DNA from: Eledone cirrhosa
Lineage: Eukaryota
NCBI GenBank assembly: GCA_964016885.1
Contig: OZ024742.1
Coordinates: 170,810,001 to 170,874,000, forward strand
DNA length: 64,000 bases
Reading direction: 5' to 3'
Positions 41,256-57,149 of the stretch are shown here, piece by piece (position 1 is the stretch's first letter; the number at the start of each line of letters is the position of its first letter). The notes under the pieces are model-generated. The model had not been told where the DNA came from. It ran no database searches and worked only from the letters and a program-made list of their open reading frames with translations. Position numbers and translations under genes: made by a program.

Positions 41256-41353
41256 GTTGAAGGAAAAGATATATATGTATAAAAACAAATAACGAAACGA
41301 AATTAAATTTCGCTTCGTTTGTAACTCACTTTTGTATGACTGACGCTTAAACA

Positions 41354-42022
41354 ATTAAGTTAAAAATGTACATCCACATATGTATACTGAAATATTAGTA
41401 TGTATATGAATACGCACACGTGTACATATGTAGATGTACCGAGTTTTTCACTGGACACTTTACTGTGAGTGTTCAGCTATTCTGTATGTAAACACACAGA
41501 CAAACCGGTTTTTAGAGTCATACTGGTTTTCGAGGAAACACCTTTCCTCTATTCTCCAGAAAGCCAGACAGGAATATTGGACTAGTTTCGATAAACGAAG
41601 CGAAATTTAATTTCGTTTCGTTATTTGTTTTTATCGTCTCCGCTGAACCGGTACGTACTCACGCTCTATGCAAATTAGTCTGCCCACTACTAATTTTCAT
41701 AGAAAAAGCATATAACGATATGTGCTTTTACGATTCTCTAGAAAGGCCGGAATAGGTAAATATTGCTGATGAGATGTAACAACATCGAAACTAGTCCAAT
41801 ATTCCTGTCTGGCTTTCTGGAGAATAGAGGAAAGGTGTTTCCTCGAAAACCAGTATGACTCTAAAAACCGGTTTGTCTGTGTGTTTACATACAGAATAGC
41901 TGAACACTCACAGTAAAGTGTCCAGTGAAAAACTCGGTACATCTACATATGTACACGTGTGTGTATTCATATGCATACTAATATTTCAGTATACATATGT
42001 GGATGTACATTTTTAACTTAAT
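41354..42022. mobile_element. Inverted pair of a PLE-type terminal repeat
   Basis: 41354-41592 vs 41784-42022 reverse complements; third diverged copy at 42637-42985(-). Confidence 0.85.
41759..41803 (+). ncRNA. Minimal type I hammerhead ribozyme, intact consensus
   Basis: AATATTG-CTGATGA-GATGT-AACA-ACATC-GAAACTAGTC|CAATATT; 7-bp stem I, 5-bp stem II, palindromic ACTAGT stem III. Confidence 0.88.
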
Positions 42023-42053
42023 ATATATGTATATTTATTGTATATATACATAT

Positions 42054-42160
<107 letters not shown>

Positions 42161-42560
42161 TATATATACATACATGCATGCACACATACATATTTATATA
42201 TATGTAAGTATGGGTTATATCGAACATTGATGATAATGTTCGATTCGTTTGTAAACACACAGGTCGATTTGAAGCTGTGCCGTGCCAGTGACCGATCGTC
42301 ACTTGTTTATTCAACATTGGCTTTGAGGAACAAACATTATGTTTCTGGGCCATTATCTATCATCAGGACTGTATACCTCTGCCAGTTTGTTGAGCGGTTG
42401 AAAATATATAGTATTTTCTTAAGAACACATCGGCTGAGCAGCCTTATTTGCATACCGAGCGAGTTACGGCTGGCCTTGCTGAATATTAAAAATAAAATTA
42501 TAATTTTATTTCTCGCCCTAGCACAGTTAGTGTATATGTGTGTGCATATATGTCTATGTA

Positions 42561-42641
<81 letters not shown>

Positions 42642-42853
42642 GTTAAAGTGTACATCTACATATGTATACGGAAGTATTAGTATGCATATAAATACACACA
42701 TGTATACATATGTACATGTACTCAGTTTTTCACTAGACACTTTATAGTGAGTGTCAGCTAGTCTGTATGTAACCACACAGACGGACCGGGTTTTAGAGTC
42801 ATACGGGTTTTCAAGGAAACACATTTCCTCTATTCTCTAGAGGGCCAGACAGG

Positions 42854-42898
42854 AATATTGGACTAGTTTCGATGTTGTTACATCTCATCAGCAATATT
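42854..42898 (-). ncRNA. Minimal type I hammerhead ribozyme (identical to 41759-41803)
   Basis: Exact reverse complement. Confidence 0.88.
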
Positions 42899-43281
42899 TA
42901 CCCATCTTCCGGCTTCTCTGGAGAATTGTAAAAGCACATATCGTTATATGCTTTTTCTATGAAAATTAGTAGTGGGTAGACCCATTTGTTTTTATATATA
43001 TATAATTACCTCATTACCAGAGGTTTCCCGAATAACTGGAATACAAGAAACGTCCTCATTCATTCGTCAGACAAGGCAATTTAAAACAGTGAAATATTTG
43101 AAAAATCTCCTCAAGAAAGGCAAAATATGTATAATGAAATAAATATGGTTTTATAAATATAGTTTCCATTTGTTAATATATTGTATATTTACTCCAATAA
43201 TTTGTTGAGTGCTTTATATCAGTTATAAAAATATTTTAGCTTGTTGTATCCCAACAAATTAAATATAACCTCTACATATAC

Positions 43282-43328
<47 letters not shown>

Positions 43329-43429
43329 TTTTGAGTTTATGTTGGTTGTATACCAACACCTCAGTATGCAGGCTGGAGCACTCGACGAAGTGCGCAGGTT
43401 GGTTTGGTTACTCCGGAGTAGTGTAAAAT

Positions 43430-43805
43430 AAAGTTAAATAAAAGTCAAATGATTAAAATTTAGCTTCGTTTATTACTGCTATATATATTTCAGTGACAGC
43501 CATCTTTGGCTGTGACCTCTTCAGGCAGTTTGAATTAGTATGGTATAGACAAGTACATATGTTGTTTAGGTGTATGATATTGTCAATACTCTGATATGAC
43601 TCCAGTTCCCCAGTGAATTAACAACCCAGCAAGGAACTGTGCATATCAGAGTATTGACAATATCATACACCTAAACAACATATCTACTTGTCTATACCAT
43701 ACTAATTCAAACTGCCTGAAGAGGTCAGAGCCAAAGATGGCTGTCACTGAAATATATATAGCAGTAATAAACGAAGCTAAATTTTAATCATTTGACTTTT
43801 ATTTA

Positions 43806-43810
<5 letters not shown>
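43430..43810. mobile_element. Fold-back mini-element (~170-bp arms) with a hammerhead in each arm
   Basis: 43430-43598 vs 43642-43810; ACTGC-CTGAAGA-GGTCA[G/C]AGCCA-AAGA-TGGCTGTCACT-GAAATATATATA|GCAGT at 43711-43765(+) and 43475-43529(-). Confidence 0.85.
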
Positions 43811-43842
<32 letters not shown>

Positions 43843-43846
<4 letters not shown>

Positions 43847-44040
43847 CGAAGAAAGTGTGGTAAGGAACCAGGTGGACCATAACGCACCAGAGTTCTCAAT
43901 ACTTTGGGTAGTTGAGTGGGTAACAGGAAAATGTTCAAGACGCCGACGGCAGATCTCAAGCCGTTTCGACGAATATTTCAGTCCAGAAATAGCCGTCGAA
44001 ATGGCTTGAGCTCTGCCGTCGGGGTCTTGAACATTTTCCT
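43843..44040 (-). mobile_element. Fold-back PLE 3' end related to the 32514/37545 family
   Basis: GTAAGGAACCAGGTGGACCATAACGCACC; inverted head AGCCGTCGAAATGGCTTGAGCTCTGCCGTCGGGGTC. Confidence 0.8.
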
Positions 44041-44068
44041 ATATATTTAAATATATATATATGTTTAA

Positions 44069-44139
<71 letters not shown>

Positions 44140-44241
44140 TGTGTGTGTGTGTGTATGTGTGTGTGTGTACGTGTGCATACTTACATTTATGTATCACCTG
44201 TGCTAAGCCGAGAAATAAAATTCTAATTATATATATATATG

Positions 44242-44294
<53 letters not shown>

Positions 44295-44581
44295 AAGTAT
44301 ATACCCCTACACGCAAAAAGCGTATAGGGACACATGTATTGTCCAACCATATGCCAATGTGGTTCAACGCCAGTTCGTAATTTGAACTCGGGAATTTTAT
44401 ATTCTCCGAGTGAAAAGAACCTTTTGGCGAGAGTTTATCTTTTCAATGGAAGCCCGCAAGGCCTATCCATTTATTTTTGAGACTCGAAACCGATTCGGTA
44501 AAGGTAACCATAGTAAGTACAGTGAATTTTTTGAAATTTATTTTGAAACTTTTTCTTATTTGCTAAACTTTGATTATATAT

Positions 44582-45423
44582 ATATAAATTTTAGTACAGC
44601 ATTGACGAAGGTTTAGTATACGGCCAACCTAGCGTATATGCATAATCGGTCTGTAGCTTTAGCACTCGGATGAGGTAAGACCCCAGAGTAATAATATTAC
44701 GTTCAGACAGCTTAGCAAATCCGATATAGCAGTCGGCAGTCCAACCGCATTACCAGAGCAACGAAAATACAGGACCCAGAAAAGATTTTATACTGACCCG
44801 GACATAGCGGTGAGGCTGAGTGTAAAATATATAACTTACATCGTATATCCACAACATAGATCACAATATCACATCCAACATCAGCGCTAAGTTTCTGCAA
44901 ATCCAAGATCGACAAATTCCTATTGCAGGAGTCTGCAATATAATGGTTTTTGACGACAGAACATAGGATTTACTTCTTCAGCAAGTCTTTCGTTCTTAGC
45001 CAAAGCGGGTATGTTGTAACTTTAAATGTCGCCACAGACACGTGGTTTTCTCCAAAGGAGGTAACCCCCGCTTAGGCGGTGTATTCTAATTTGAGGTAAA
45101 GGAATGAATCCCTTTATACAAACCGAATAAAGCACCCTACTAGAAGTTATCAAACAAACTTAAACAATTAATCAATCAATAGAATTATTTAATTAAATTA
45201 ATCAGTTAATCATTAATTCTAGGAGTAAATATAAATTTTAGTACAGCATTGACGAACCTTTAGTATACGGCCAAGCTAGCGTATATGCATAATCGGTCTG
45301 TAGCTTTAGCACTCGGATGAGGTAAGACCCCAGAGTAATAACATTACGTTCAGACAGCTTAGCAAATCAGATATAGCAGTCGGCAGTCCAGCCGCATTAC
45401 CAGAGCAACGAAAATACAGGACC
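44582..45423. repeat. 195-bp direct repeats, 647-bp period
   Basis: 44582-44776 and 45229-45423 differ at only a few positions. Confidence 0.85.
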
Positions 45424-45508
45424 ATATATATATATATATATAAACATATATACATCTATATATGTTTGTTTAGCGAGGTTTTTGATATGAAATCGTGTGT
45501 CGAAACAC

Positions 45509-45765
45509 ATATTGTTATACTTGGGGAGGGTCATATTGACCAACGAAAGAACTTTGTTAGACTATATATATGTGTTTATATCTATATTATATCTGTATTT
45601 TTGACTGTTGGTTAGTCAATGGCAAACATTGAGGGAGGACCGAATGAATTAACTGTGGAGATATAAAAGATACAGAAGCGAAAACCAACCAAACGGTGAG
45701 TGAATTCTGTTATTATTTCTGGCAATATTATTACAACAATATGACCCTCCCCAAGTATAACAATA
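45509..45765. mobile_element. Short element with ~28-bp terminal inverted repeats (MITE-like or fold-back terminus)
   Basis: ATTGTTATACTTGGGGAGGGTCATATTG ... CAATATGACCCTCCCCAAGTATAACAAT; same end at 2851-2935 and 32781-32856(-). Confidence 0.55.
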
Positions 45766-45965
45766 CAAATATATATGTATATATATACGTTTGTGTATGT
45801 GTGCGTGTTTGAACTCACAAAATAGGAAATAGCATAAATACACAAGACAGCAAATTTTATAAAGGTAATTAAATGTATCTTCAATCTCAAAATTAATTGG
45901 GGAAGATAGAGGAAGTGGATTAAATCAGTTAAAGTGAGAGTGAACATATATATATATATATATAT

Positions 45966-45974
45966 ACATAAAGA

Positions 45975-46021
<47 letters not shown>

Positions 46022-46088
46022 CACATAAAGTGAATATATATATGTACATAAAGTGAATATATATATGTATATATATATACACATAAAG

Positions 46089-46130
<42 letters not shown>

Positions 46131-46305
46131 AAGTGAATATATATATATATATATACATAAAGTGAATATATATATATATACATAAAGTGAATATATATAT
46201 ACATATATACACATAAAGTGAATATATATATATATATATACCCATAAAGTGAATATATATATATATACATATATACACATAAAGTGAATATATATATATA
46301 TATAT
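45966..46305. repeat. Minisatellite CATAAAGTGAA-(TA)n, about 10 units
   Basis: Constant 11-mer separated by variable TA tracts. Confidence 0.85.
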
Positions 46306-46899
46306 ATGTATATTTATCTCTGTCGTTTGCTTTGTTATTTCTGTTTCCCTTTTGCACATACGCCCACACACATATATATGTATGTAATATCAATTATACC
46401 AATAGATAAATCCAGTTAAATACGGAATGATATTTAGAGGATGAAGTTTAAATATATACAGACAAGGAAGAAAGATCAAAATAAGAAAGTTTTAATTTAT
46501 TGATTTGCAATTGAAATTAAGATTTAAGTTATTGCAGAAGGAAATGTTTTGAAATAGCAGAAAACGAAATGATAATGTTAAAGGCATCTTTCATCGATGG
46601 AAGAGACAATTGGGGTACAGGTTGCGTTTATGTAATTGCAGTAGTCTCCGTCTATAAGTAGTTTAACTGTTTGTGCAGCAATTTGAAGGTATTGTGAACT
46701 ACGAAGAAGCTCGTCGTTATAATGTGGAATGAGCCTCCGCCGGTTTCCTCGATATGTGTTCAAGATGTTCGAACAAAGATACAAACTGATGGTGAAATTA
46801 TTGTGTAACTAGCAGAGAATTCAAGAGACTCACATACCATTAACGTAATTCTCAGGGAAATTCAGAGTATAATAATGTCTGTGACGCTAAACTCTTCAG

Positions 46900-47345
46900 T
46901 TGCAGACTGCGCATTTACATATATCTCTCTCCACAAAGTTAGATCACCAGCAGCAGAGTTCAAGGAGCGAAAACAAGTCCAGTCCATAAGTTGACATTAT
47001 CAAGCCATCGTTTTGGCTGCCGACCTCTGCTTCTCTTACCAGTCAACCTTCCATTCAGGCATAACCTACTCACACCACGAGTTGATCTTTTTATATGACC
47101 ATATAGATTGAGTACTCTTGACTTGATAATTGATGTAATTGGTCTAAGTTTGGTAATGTTGATCAGCTCACTGATACAGATACGGTCGCTGAGCCGCTTG
47201 CCAGTCATAAGTCTTATGATGTGGTTCTGGAATGTAGAGAGCTTCTGAAGTGACCTTGTCATCCAATTAACACAGTCAAGACCATATAACACAACTAGTA
47301 GGATGTAAGTATCAACGATCTTAGCCTTCAAATGGTAGGAAATAC
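46900..47345 (-). mobile_element. RTE-clade LINE 3' fragment
   Basis: VVLYGLDC, RVLNLYGHIKR, GKRSRGRQPKRWLDNV. Confidence 0.8.
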
Positions 47346-47617
47346 CAAGTACACTCCACCCAATAAACTTCCAAACAATTCCTCACTTCCCAATTTCACT
47401 GACATGGTATTAGTCGACTCGTGGCTATGGTAAATGACACGAGGTGCCACGCAGTGGAATCGAACGTGGAACCTAATGAATGTGAAAGGAACTTCTTAAC
47501 AATTAGACAATGGTGCGTACACTTACACTATAACACGAGATGTAATGTAGAAAATATATGGGTTAGCAATGTTAGAAAATATATCCCTCTGAGTACGTGA
47601 AGGATAAACGTGTCTGT

Positions 47618-47827
47618 CGATCGACTTTCGTCAAATCGGACCGAGGAAACAATGTATCCGTTAGTCTTTCCAAGTGCTAATACTATCTATCGGTTGCAAC
47701 TCCAGGTAGAAGGAGCAACGTGAAATAAAGTGTTTTGTTCAAGGACATAACGCATCGCCTGTCCAGGAATCGAACTGACAACCTCACGATTGCGAATCCA
47801 GTTCTCTAACCAATCAGCCACACGCCT
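47618..47827 (-). mobile_element. tRNA-derived SINE (family B)
   Basis: Reverse complement of the 12274-12485 family. Confidence 0.85.
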
Positions 47828-48308
47828 ACACTGACTGACATTATAACACTGGCAAATATAGGCGATCTACGTCTGCTTTGGAGGTGATGTATTTTGTTGG
47901 CTGTAAGTAGTTTTCGAATTTTTGAGTTCTTTCTTTGAAGATCAGATAAGTTGTAATTGATGATGTTAAAAACAGTATCGACAACAGCAACAACAATAAC
48001 AACAGCAACAGCAACAAGTATACAGTGTAAGTCGTAAGTAAGCGGACAGACAATGCATTGTTATTGCAAGGTTCCCAATATATAGAGGAACGGAGTCAGT
48101 TTTTCGAACACTTACTTTTGTTTCATGTATTTCTAATTGCATAATGTATGACCAGAATTTTAGTACATACTAGCAGAATGGCCCGGCGTTGCTCGGGATT
48201 TGCTCTAGGGTTCTTATATATTTGATATATATTTATCCCTATCGAGCCTCGTGAAATAAATACGTTTGTTTATATTTTGTTATTGTGTATGCAAAAATAT
48301 CTGTACAC

Positions 48309-48365
<57 letters not shown>

Positions 48366-49785
48366 TACAGAGAAGTACGGAATGCCTCGGCCTCGGGATG
48401 GTGTCTACATTTTGTGCTTATAAAAAAAAATCGTCGTAGATTACCAGGGTTTTTTTCCGTGCGAAGAAAATCAATACTTTATCGCGAAATAAATACTTTT
48501 GTTGATATTTTGTTATTGTGTATGCAAAAATATCTGTACACGAATATACTCTTCTCCCTAAGACGAACCCACAACATACGCACGTCAACGTACATACCTA
48601 CATCAGCATACATCCTACATACATCTCTATCCACATATAAACACAATGACATACGTAAACACACATGTTCTATGGTGCAACACAAATATACACAAATTTG
48701 CATACGTTTTGATGTCTATAGATATAAACGTGCCGACACACACACATACATATACGCACACATGCATTGCACACTGATGGGCACATACATATTTGTACAC
48801 AAGTACTCCAATACGGCAGGGCCTAATGGATTCCCCTTGCAGTACGTACAATCTGGACACTCACACATACCTTGGTGTTATGACAATACTATATATCATT
48901 TCACACCTTTTATTATTAATGTTTTTGATGTTCTCTTGAGAGAATCGTTTTTGCTGAAAATATCGAATAATGTACACCGTTTTTACAAGTATCACAAAAA
49001 TACTGACCCCCCCCCCCACACACACATACACACATACACACACACACACATATATACACACACACACATACACACGCATACACTAACATACAAAGAGACA
49101 TATACACACACACACACTTCTCCGTATAAGACAAGAGCTGAAAAAATCTTTCAACATGTTAAAATATCCACCACACACGTACAGACACATTCCTACTGAC
49201 CGATCCCTCTACTACGAATTACTCTGCTACACACACACACACACACACACACATATTTGTCTTAATAGGCACCTGAACTGTTGACCTTTCAACATGACTG
49301 CAATTCACACACACATCTCTACTGACCATTATCACAACAATGAACCTCTTTACTACACACACACATATTTGTCTCAAAAGACTTACTTTTCAGTGACTTC
49401 TCAACCAGGCGAAAAAGGACACTCTTCGACAAACCTACACTTGGCGTAAAATCAATTTTTAACATCACGTGACCTCTACCGACCAATCAAAATTGTTTTG
49501 ACCACAAGAATTTTTGCAACACGAATTGGCGCGAAACTTATTTTAATACCTCTGGAGCCACTTTTTCACATAAAACAGGTAGAATTTCCAAAACTAATCA
49601 GATTAGAGCAAACATCACGGGCGCTCTATCTCAAAATTATTTTTGAAAAGCATTAGAAATGCGCAACCGGTAAAAACTTAAGACTAAAACTGAATACTAA
49701 CCAATACTTATTACTAATTTTTACTTATTCCCAATTAAACTATTTTTCACTGGGAACAATTTGTCAGCATTTTTTTTTCCTTTTA

Positions 49786-49828
<43 letters not shown>

Positions 49829-49840
49829 TTAATATAGATG

Positions 49841-49891
49841 AGATTCTACAGGACTAGAACTGTTTCATTCATTAGAAATCATCAGGAATCT
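49841..49891 (-). ncRNA. Type I hammerhead motif
   Basis: AGATTC-CTGATGA-TTTC-TAAT-GAAT-GAAACAG-TTCTAGTC-CTGTA|GAATCT; first stem II pair mismatched; same 3' half at 33864-33912(+). Confidence 0.65.
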
Positions 49892-50379
49892 GGGTATCAA
49901 AAAATAAAAATGGTATTTATAGGTCTCTACAAGTGGTAGGAGAGGGTGGGGAGTGGGATGGGTGCAGGTCATTGGTTGATAGAAAAGGGAATTCATTAAA
50001 AGCTAATTCTACAAAGCTATAGTTTATTTTTATTTATTTATGTTTTTAGAGTAACAAGGGCAGACAGAATTCTATAAACAGGTTCCGGATGGCATACCAA
50101 TCCTTGTCATTAAGTTTCTCTTAAGCTAACAGATGTCTATAAAATCAGTGGGGGGTCAGTCATGGTCGATAGAATTAAAGAAAAGGGAGATTCTTTAAAA
50201 GCTAAAATCATTAAGGTTCTACTAAGTGAAAAAGGTCTAGAGAATTCTGCAGACAGATTCAAAATACTGAGTGCATATCTTACTATTATCTTCGAACTTC
50301 TCTTAAACTAATCAACTATATGCCAAAAATCAACAGACACATTCACAAAAAAAAGAAAAAACAAAAAAACATACTCACT

Positions 50380-52780
<2,401 letters not shown>

Positions 52781-52899
52781 CAATAAATATACGCATATAC
52801 GCAGGCACATAAAGACACCTCTACAGGCAGAAAATGAAGATATGAAAGAGGTACTCACATAACCATAGTGGCCGTATTTCAGGTTGAGGAGGGGTGGGG

Positions 52900-54430
52900 G
52901 TAGGGTGGGGAGGAGGTATAGGGGCCAATAGGGGGAGGTCGTTTTTAGCCATCGGGCTTTAACACTGGCTGTTGCACTGAAAGTTGCAAAGTTCTTGTGC
53001 ATGCTGTTCGGGCAGTGTTCAGAAAGTTTGTTCAGTAGCGGGCCCTTGGCGAATAAAATTTCGTAGCTCTCTGAAATACAAAGGTCGCAGCCCTTGTGTC
53101 CTCCGTTGTAAGAGCGCGCTTTCTGGAGTATTTTCCATTTAAGCGTGAAGGGGGTGGAGTTCCTTTTGAGGTCCCAAACGTAGGAGGCGAGTGTTGTCTG
53201 ATTTGATTTATCCGGTCTTCTGAAGGAGTGGGTATGGGCATACCAACGGGTCTTAAAGTTGTTGGAGGTCATGCCGATGTAAGTTTTTTTGCAATCCTCG
53301 GTGCCTGAGATGACATCGCATTTGTATACGATGTCATTTGTGAGGCATTTGTTTTCAAGTGGGCATGCTTCCTTATTTAGGCAATTACATAGAGCCTCAG
53401 TCCGGGGATTGGTTTCGGAGGTGGTTGGCTTATTTAATTTAGAATTGTGGTTGGCTATATTCCTAGCTAGGTTAGGTGTGGTGGAGTAAGACAGTCTTAT
53501 AGTGTTCTTATTAAAGATGGTGTAGTACCTATGTTGTATGGGGAAGTGTAATTTCAGTAAAGTGAAGAAAATCCTAGCTATCGGAGTAGATACCTCTCTA
53601 TTGAAGGGAGGGTTGTACCAGCTAATCTGCCTATGTCTATTCCTCCTCTGCAATCTTGCGGTGGTTTCTAGGTAAGTTATCTTATCTTTAAATCCGCTAC
53701 GGGCGAGGGCGTCATTGTAGTAGGAGGCAGATGCATTAAAAATATCTTTGTTGGCGGAGAGGCCAGATATTCTAATAGAGACGCTTTTTACTAGGTTATC
53801 AGTGATGTTTTGGGGGTGGTTTGAATTAACATTAATATATTTAAGGGACTCGTTAGGTTTGTGGTACGGGTAATAGAGGGAAGTATCTAGGTCGAGAGTG
53901 ACATCTAAGAAGTTGGCCCTAGTCAAATTAGAATCTATAGTTATACTAAATCCTAGATTAGAGAAGAAAGAGCTTAAGTTTTTCCGAAACCCATCGGTGG
54001 TTCTGGGGTTAACCGTATGCAGGGCGAAGAGGCCGTCGTCTCGGTATAAACCTCCCGTTAGGCCGGTAAAGAGGTTCTTCAGGTTATGTAGGATGTACAG
54101 GCCCACAAGGTCGCTAATTTCAGCCGAGTCACTCGCCCCCATGCTAACGTCAAATGGGGTCTGAGATTTCTTGTTGATCCAGTAAGATCCATCGTGGTAT
54201 AGAAAGGTCTTACGAGCGTGGAGGATAATAACTTGCTCAGCATCGGTAATGGTGGTAAAATTCCTGGCAAAGTTAATTGCGTCCTTCAGGAGGGGCTCCG
54301 AGATAGAGGCATAGTAGTTTTCTATGTCGAGTTGCAGGAAGCGAGTGTGGTGTTTATCGGGTAATTCTTGGAACCATGATATTGCCTCAGATGTTCTACT
54401 CCAGAGTGGAAGTGGTGAGGCTGCCCGCAA
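52900..54430 (-). CDS. PLE RT + GIY-YIG endonuclease (open frame, N-terminally truncated; read-through into microsatellite is not credible protein)
   Basis: [60 protein letters not shown]...[15 protein letters not shown]. Confidence 0.88.
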
Positions 54431-54573
54431 TGATGGTATATATATATATATATATATTAAAATAACAGATTAAAGTTTAAGCTTTCACCCTTAACGGGAT
54501 CTTCTGAAACTAAAAAAATCAATCTGTGAAGTAAATATTTCAAAAAACTTTACACACTATATATATATACACA

Positions 54574-54619
<46 letters not shown>

Positions 54620-55509
54620 TATATCTATACATATATACACACACAAACACAAAAATCAATCTGCAGAAGTAAATATTTCAAAAAACTTTACACACTATAT
54701 ATATATATATATATATACACACTATATCTATACATATATACACACACAAACACACAGCTACGTCATAATGTTGTAATGCAGACACCAGACATAGACATAT
54801 ATTATAAGGGCGCAACGTTATATCTATGTATCTATCTAAAAAGAGAAATACTATGAGTTATAGAGAGAGATCGCTAAATCGCCTAATGCAGTCCGTAGGG
54901 CATCGAAAATTTGAAATTTGTTTTGCTCAAAACACTCACACCACCATTAGTATTACATGTGTAAAGTTTGAAAACAATCGGTTGGGTGGTTCTCGAGTTT
55001 TAGTGATCGGACAGACAGACAGACATTCTCTGTTTTAGATATATAGATTATCATTTGGAATTATAACTGTTTGATGCCCGCTTATGACGTAACCTGTATT
55101 TGCAGTTATTCCTTCATTTTGTATTGTGTGTGTGTCCTCAAGTGTATGTATGTGTGTGTGTGTGGAAGTATGTGTGTGGAGGTGCATGTGTGTGTATGCA
55201 TGCTTATATGTGTGTTCAGCTGTGTGTGTGTGTGTCCAGGTATATGTATGCATGTGTAGCGTTCGTGCAGGCGCGTGAGTGCAGGTGTATATCTATATAT
55301 GCCGGTGTGTATGTATGTGTGTGCATTCTGATGTGTGTCTATGTGCATGTGTATGTATGTATATCCAAGTGCATGTATGTGTATGTATGTGATGTGTGTG
55401 TGATTATGTGTGTGTGTGTGTGTATGTAGGTGTGTAGGGGTTTCATTTCTACCCCACCATTGGAGTGATTACAAGTGTTGACTAATTAAGCATTAATGAC
55501 CCATCGTCA

Positions 55510-55860
55510 GCACAGTATGGTTGAATGATTTAGAAATTCACCTCTTAATTATTAGGTCTCGGGTTTAATCCCACCGCATGGCATTTTGGGCAAATATCGG
55601 TTCGACCCATGCCTTGTGAGTGAAATTGGGTTGACGGAAACTGTTTGGAAACTCATCGGGTGGATTGTATCTGTAATTCAAACGGGGTAGCCTTGTCACA
55701 CGTGTAACACTGAATCTCCCTAAGAATTACGCTAAGAGTACAGATGTCTGTGGAGTGCTCAGCCACTTCCACTTCCACATTAAATTCCTTAGTCAGCCAG
55801 TTGATTGAACAGCTGGAAGACGCTTCGTCGAAACCGACGGAGGTCCATAAAATTCGACAC
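55510..55860 (+). mobile_element. Diverged tRNA-derived SINE (family C)
   Basis: GGGTTTAATCCCA B-box-like, GCCTTGTGAGTGAAATTGG..GACGGAAACTG; related minus copies near 9990-10145 and 47350-47500. Confidence 0.55.
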
Positions 55861-55885
55861 TTAATTAACATTATTATTATTCTGG

Positions 55886-56541
55886 GGATTGGCAGTATCG
55901 GTAGAGGGTCGGACGCCATGCTTTGCAGCACAGTTACGTCCCTTTACGGACCGAGTTCAAATCCCGCCGAGGTTGACTTTGCCTTTCATCCTTACGGGGT
56001 CGATAAAATAAAGTACCAGTAATAGACTGGGATAATTGCTGGCCTTGTGCCAAAAATAGAAACAATTATTATTCTGTTAAAGTACCAGTAATTGTACTGG
56101 GTAATTGCTGGCCTTGTGCCAAAAAAGTAGAAACAATTATTATTCTGTTACAGCCCCTTACGTTCTAAGTTCAAATCCCGCCGAGGTTAACTTTGCCTTT
56201 CATCCTTACGGGTTCGATAAAATAAAGTACCAGTAATGCACTGAGTATTTGCTGGCCTTGTGCCAGAAGTAGAAACAATTATTAAGCAGTGGATTGGCAG
56301 TACCAGTAGAGGCTCAGACACCATGCTTTGCAGCATAGAGTTATGGCAGACACCATGCTTTGCAGCATAGAGTTATGGTCCTTTATGTTCTGACTTCAAA
56401 TATCACCGAGGTTAGCTTCGCCTTTCATCCTTACGGGGCCGATAAAATAAAGTACCAGTCATGCATTGGGGAAGATTTAATCAACTTTTCCCACCCCTTC
56501 AAATTGCTGGCCTTGTGCCTAAAGTAGAAACAATTATTATT
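55886..56541 (+). mobile_element. Tandem cluster of family A SINE copies and partial duplications
   Basis: Three core copies of GCCTTTCATCCTTACGGG..GATAAAATAAAGTACCAG and four GTAGAAACAATT-type tails. Confidence 0.9.
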
Positions 56542-57149
56542 ACAAATTCCCTGGTAAGCTTCTGTCATATTCAATCATTGATCTAGCTTCGATCCTCGGA
56601 AGAACCCATTGCACTCCTATCTATTTAACTTCAGAAACTATAAAACATAACATATGCAATTCTTCATCTCCTCTTCTGATACGACTACTATATAACTCTT
56701 ACCTTCTCTCCCTCTTCCTTCCTCTTCCTCCTGCTTCTCCCCCTACCTCTTCCCCACTTCCTCATGCCCCTCCCCCCTCTTCCCCTCTTACTCTTCCTCC
56801 TCTCTTCTCCCTCTTCTCCTGCCTCCTATTCTTCTACCACCTCTTTTCTTCCTCTTCCTCCATCTTCCTTTTCCACTTCTTCCTCCTCTCTCCTCCCCCT
56901 CTTCTTTCTCTTACTCCTCATCCTCGTACCCCCCCCCTTAGTCTTCCTCTGCTTTCTCATTTCCCTTCTCTCCTTCATCTACACCTTCCTCTTCATTCTC
57001 CTCTCCGCCTCCTTCCACCACCACCACCACCGCCGCCGCGACCACCAGCTCATCCTCTCCTCTCTTCCCCCCTCCCCTCAATAAGTCTCAACGCAACAGT
57101 TACGTCGATGAGAAAGAAAGAGTAAAAGTGATTATGGAAGAATGTCAAA

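Noticed and set aside
46670-46735. Possible short terminal exon (QFEGIVNYEEARRYNVE*)
   Set aside because: Weak acceptor, too short, no corroborating exons visible
48285-49199. 304-aa ORF
   Set aside because: Low-complexity CA/TA-rich interior of a Helitron-like repeat with no recognisable motif
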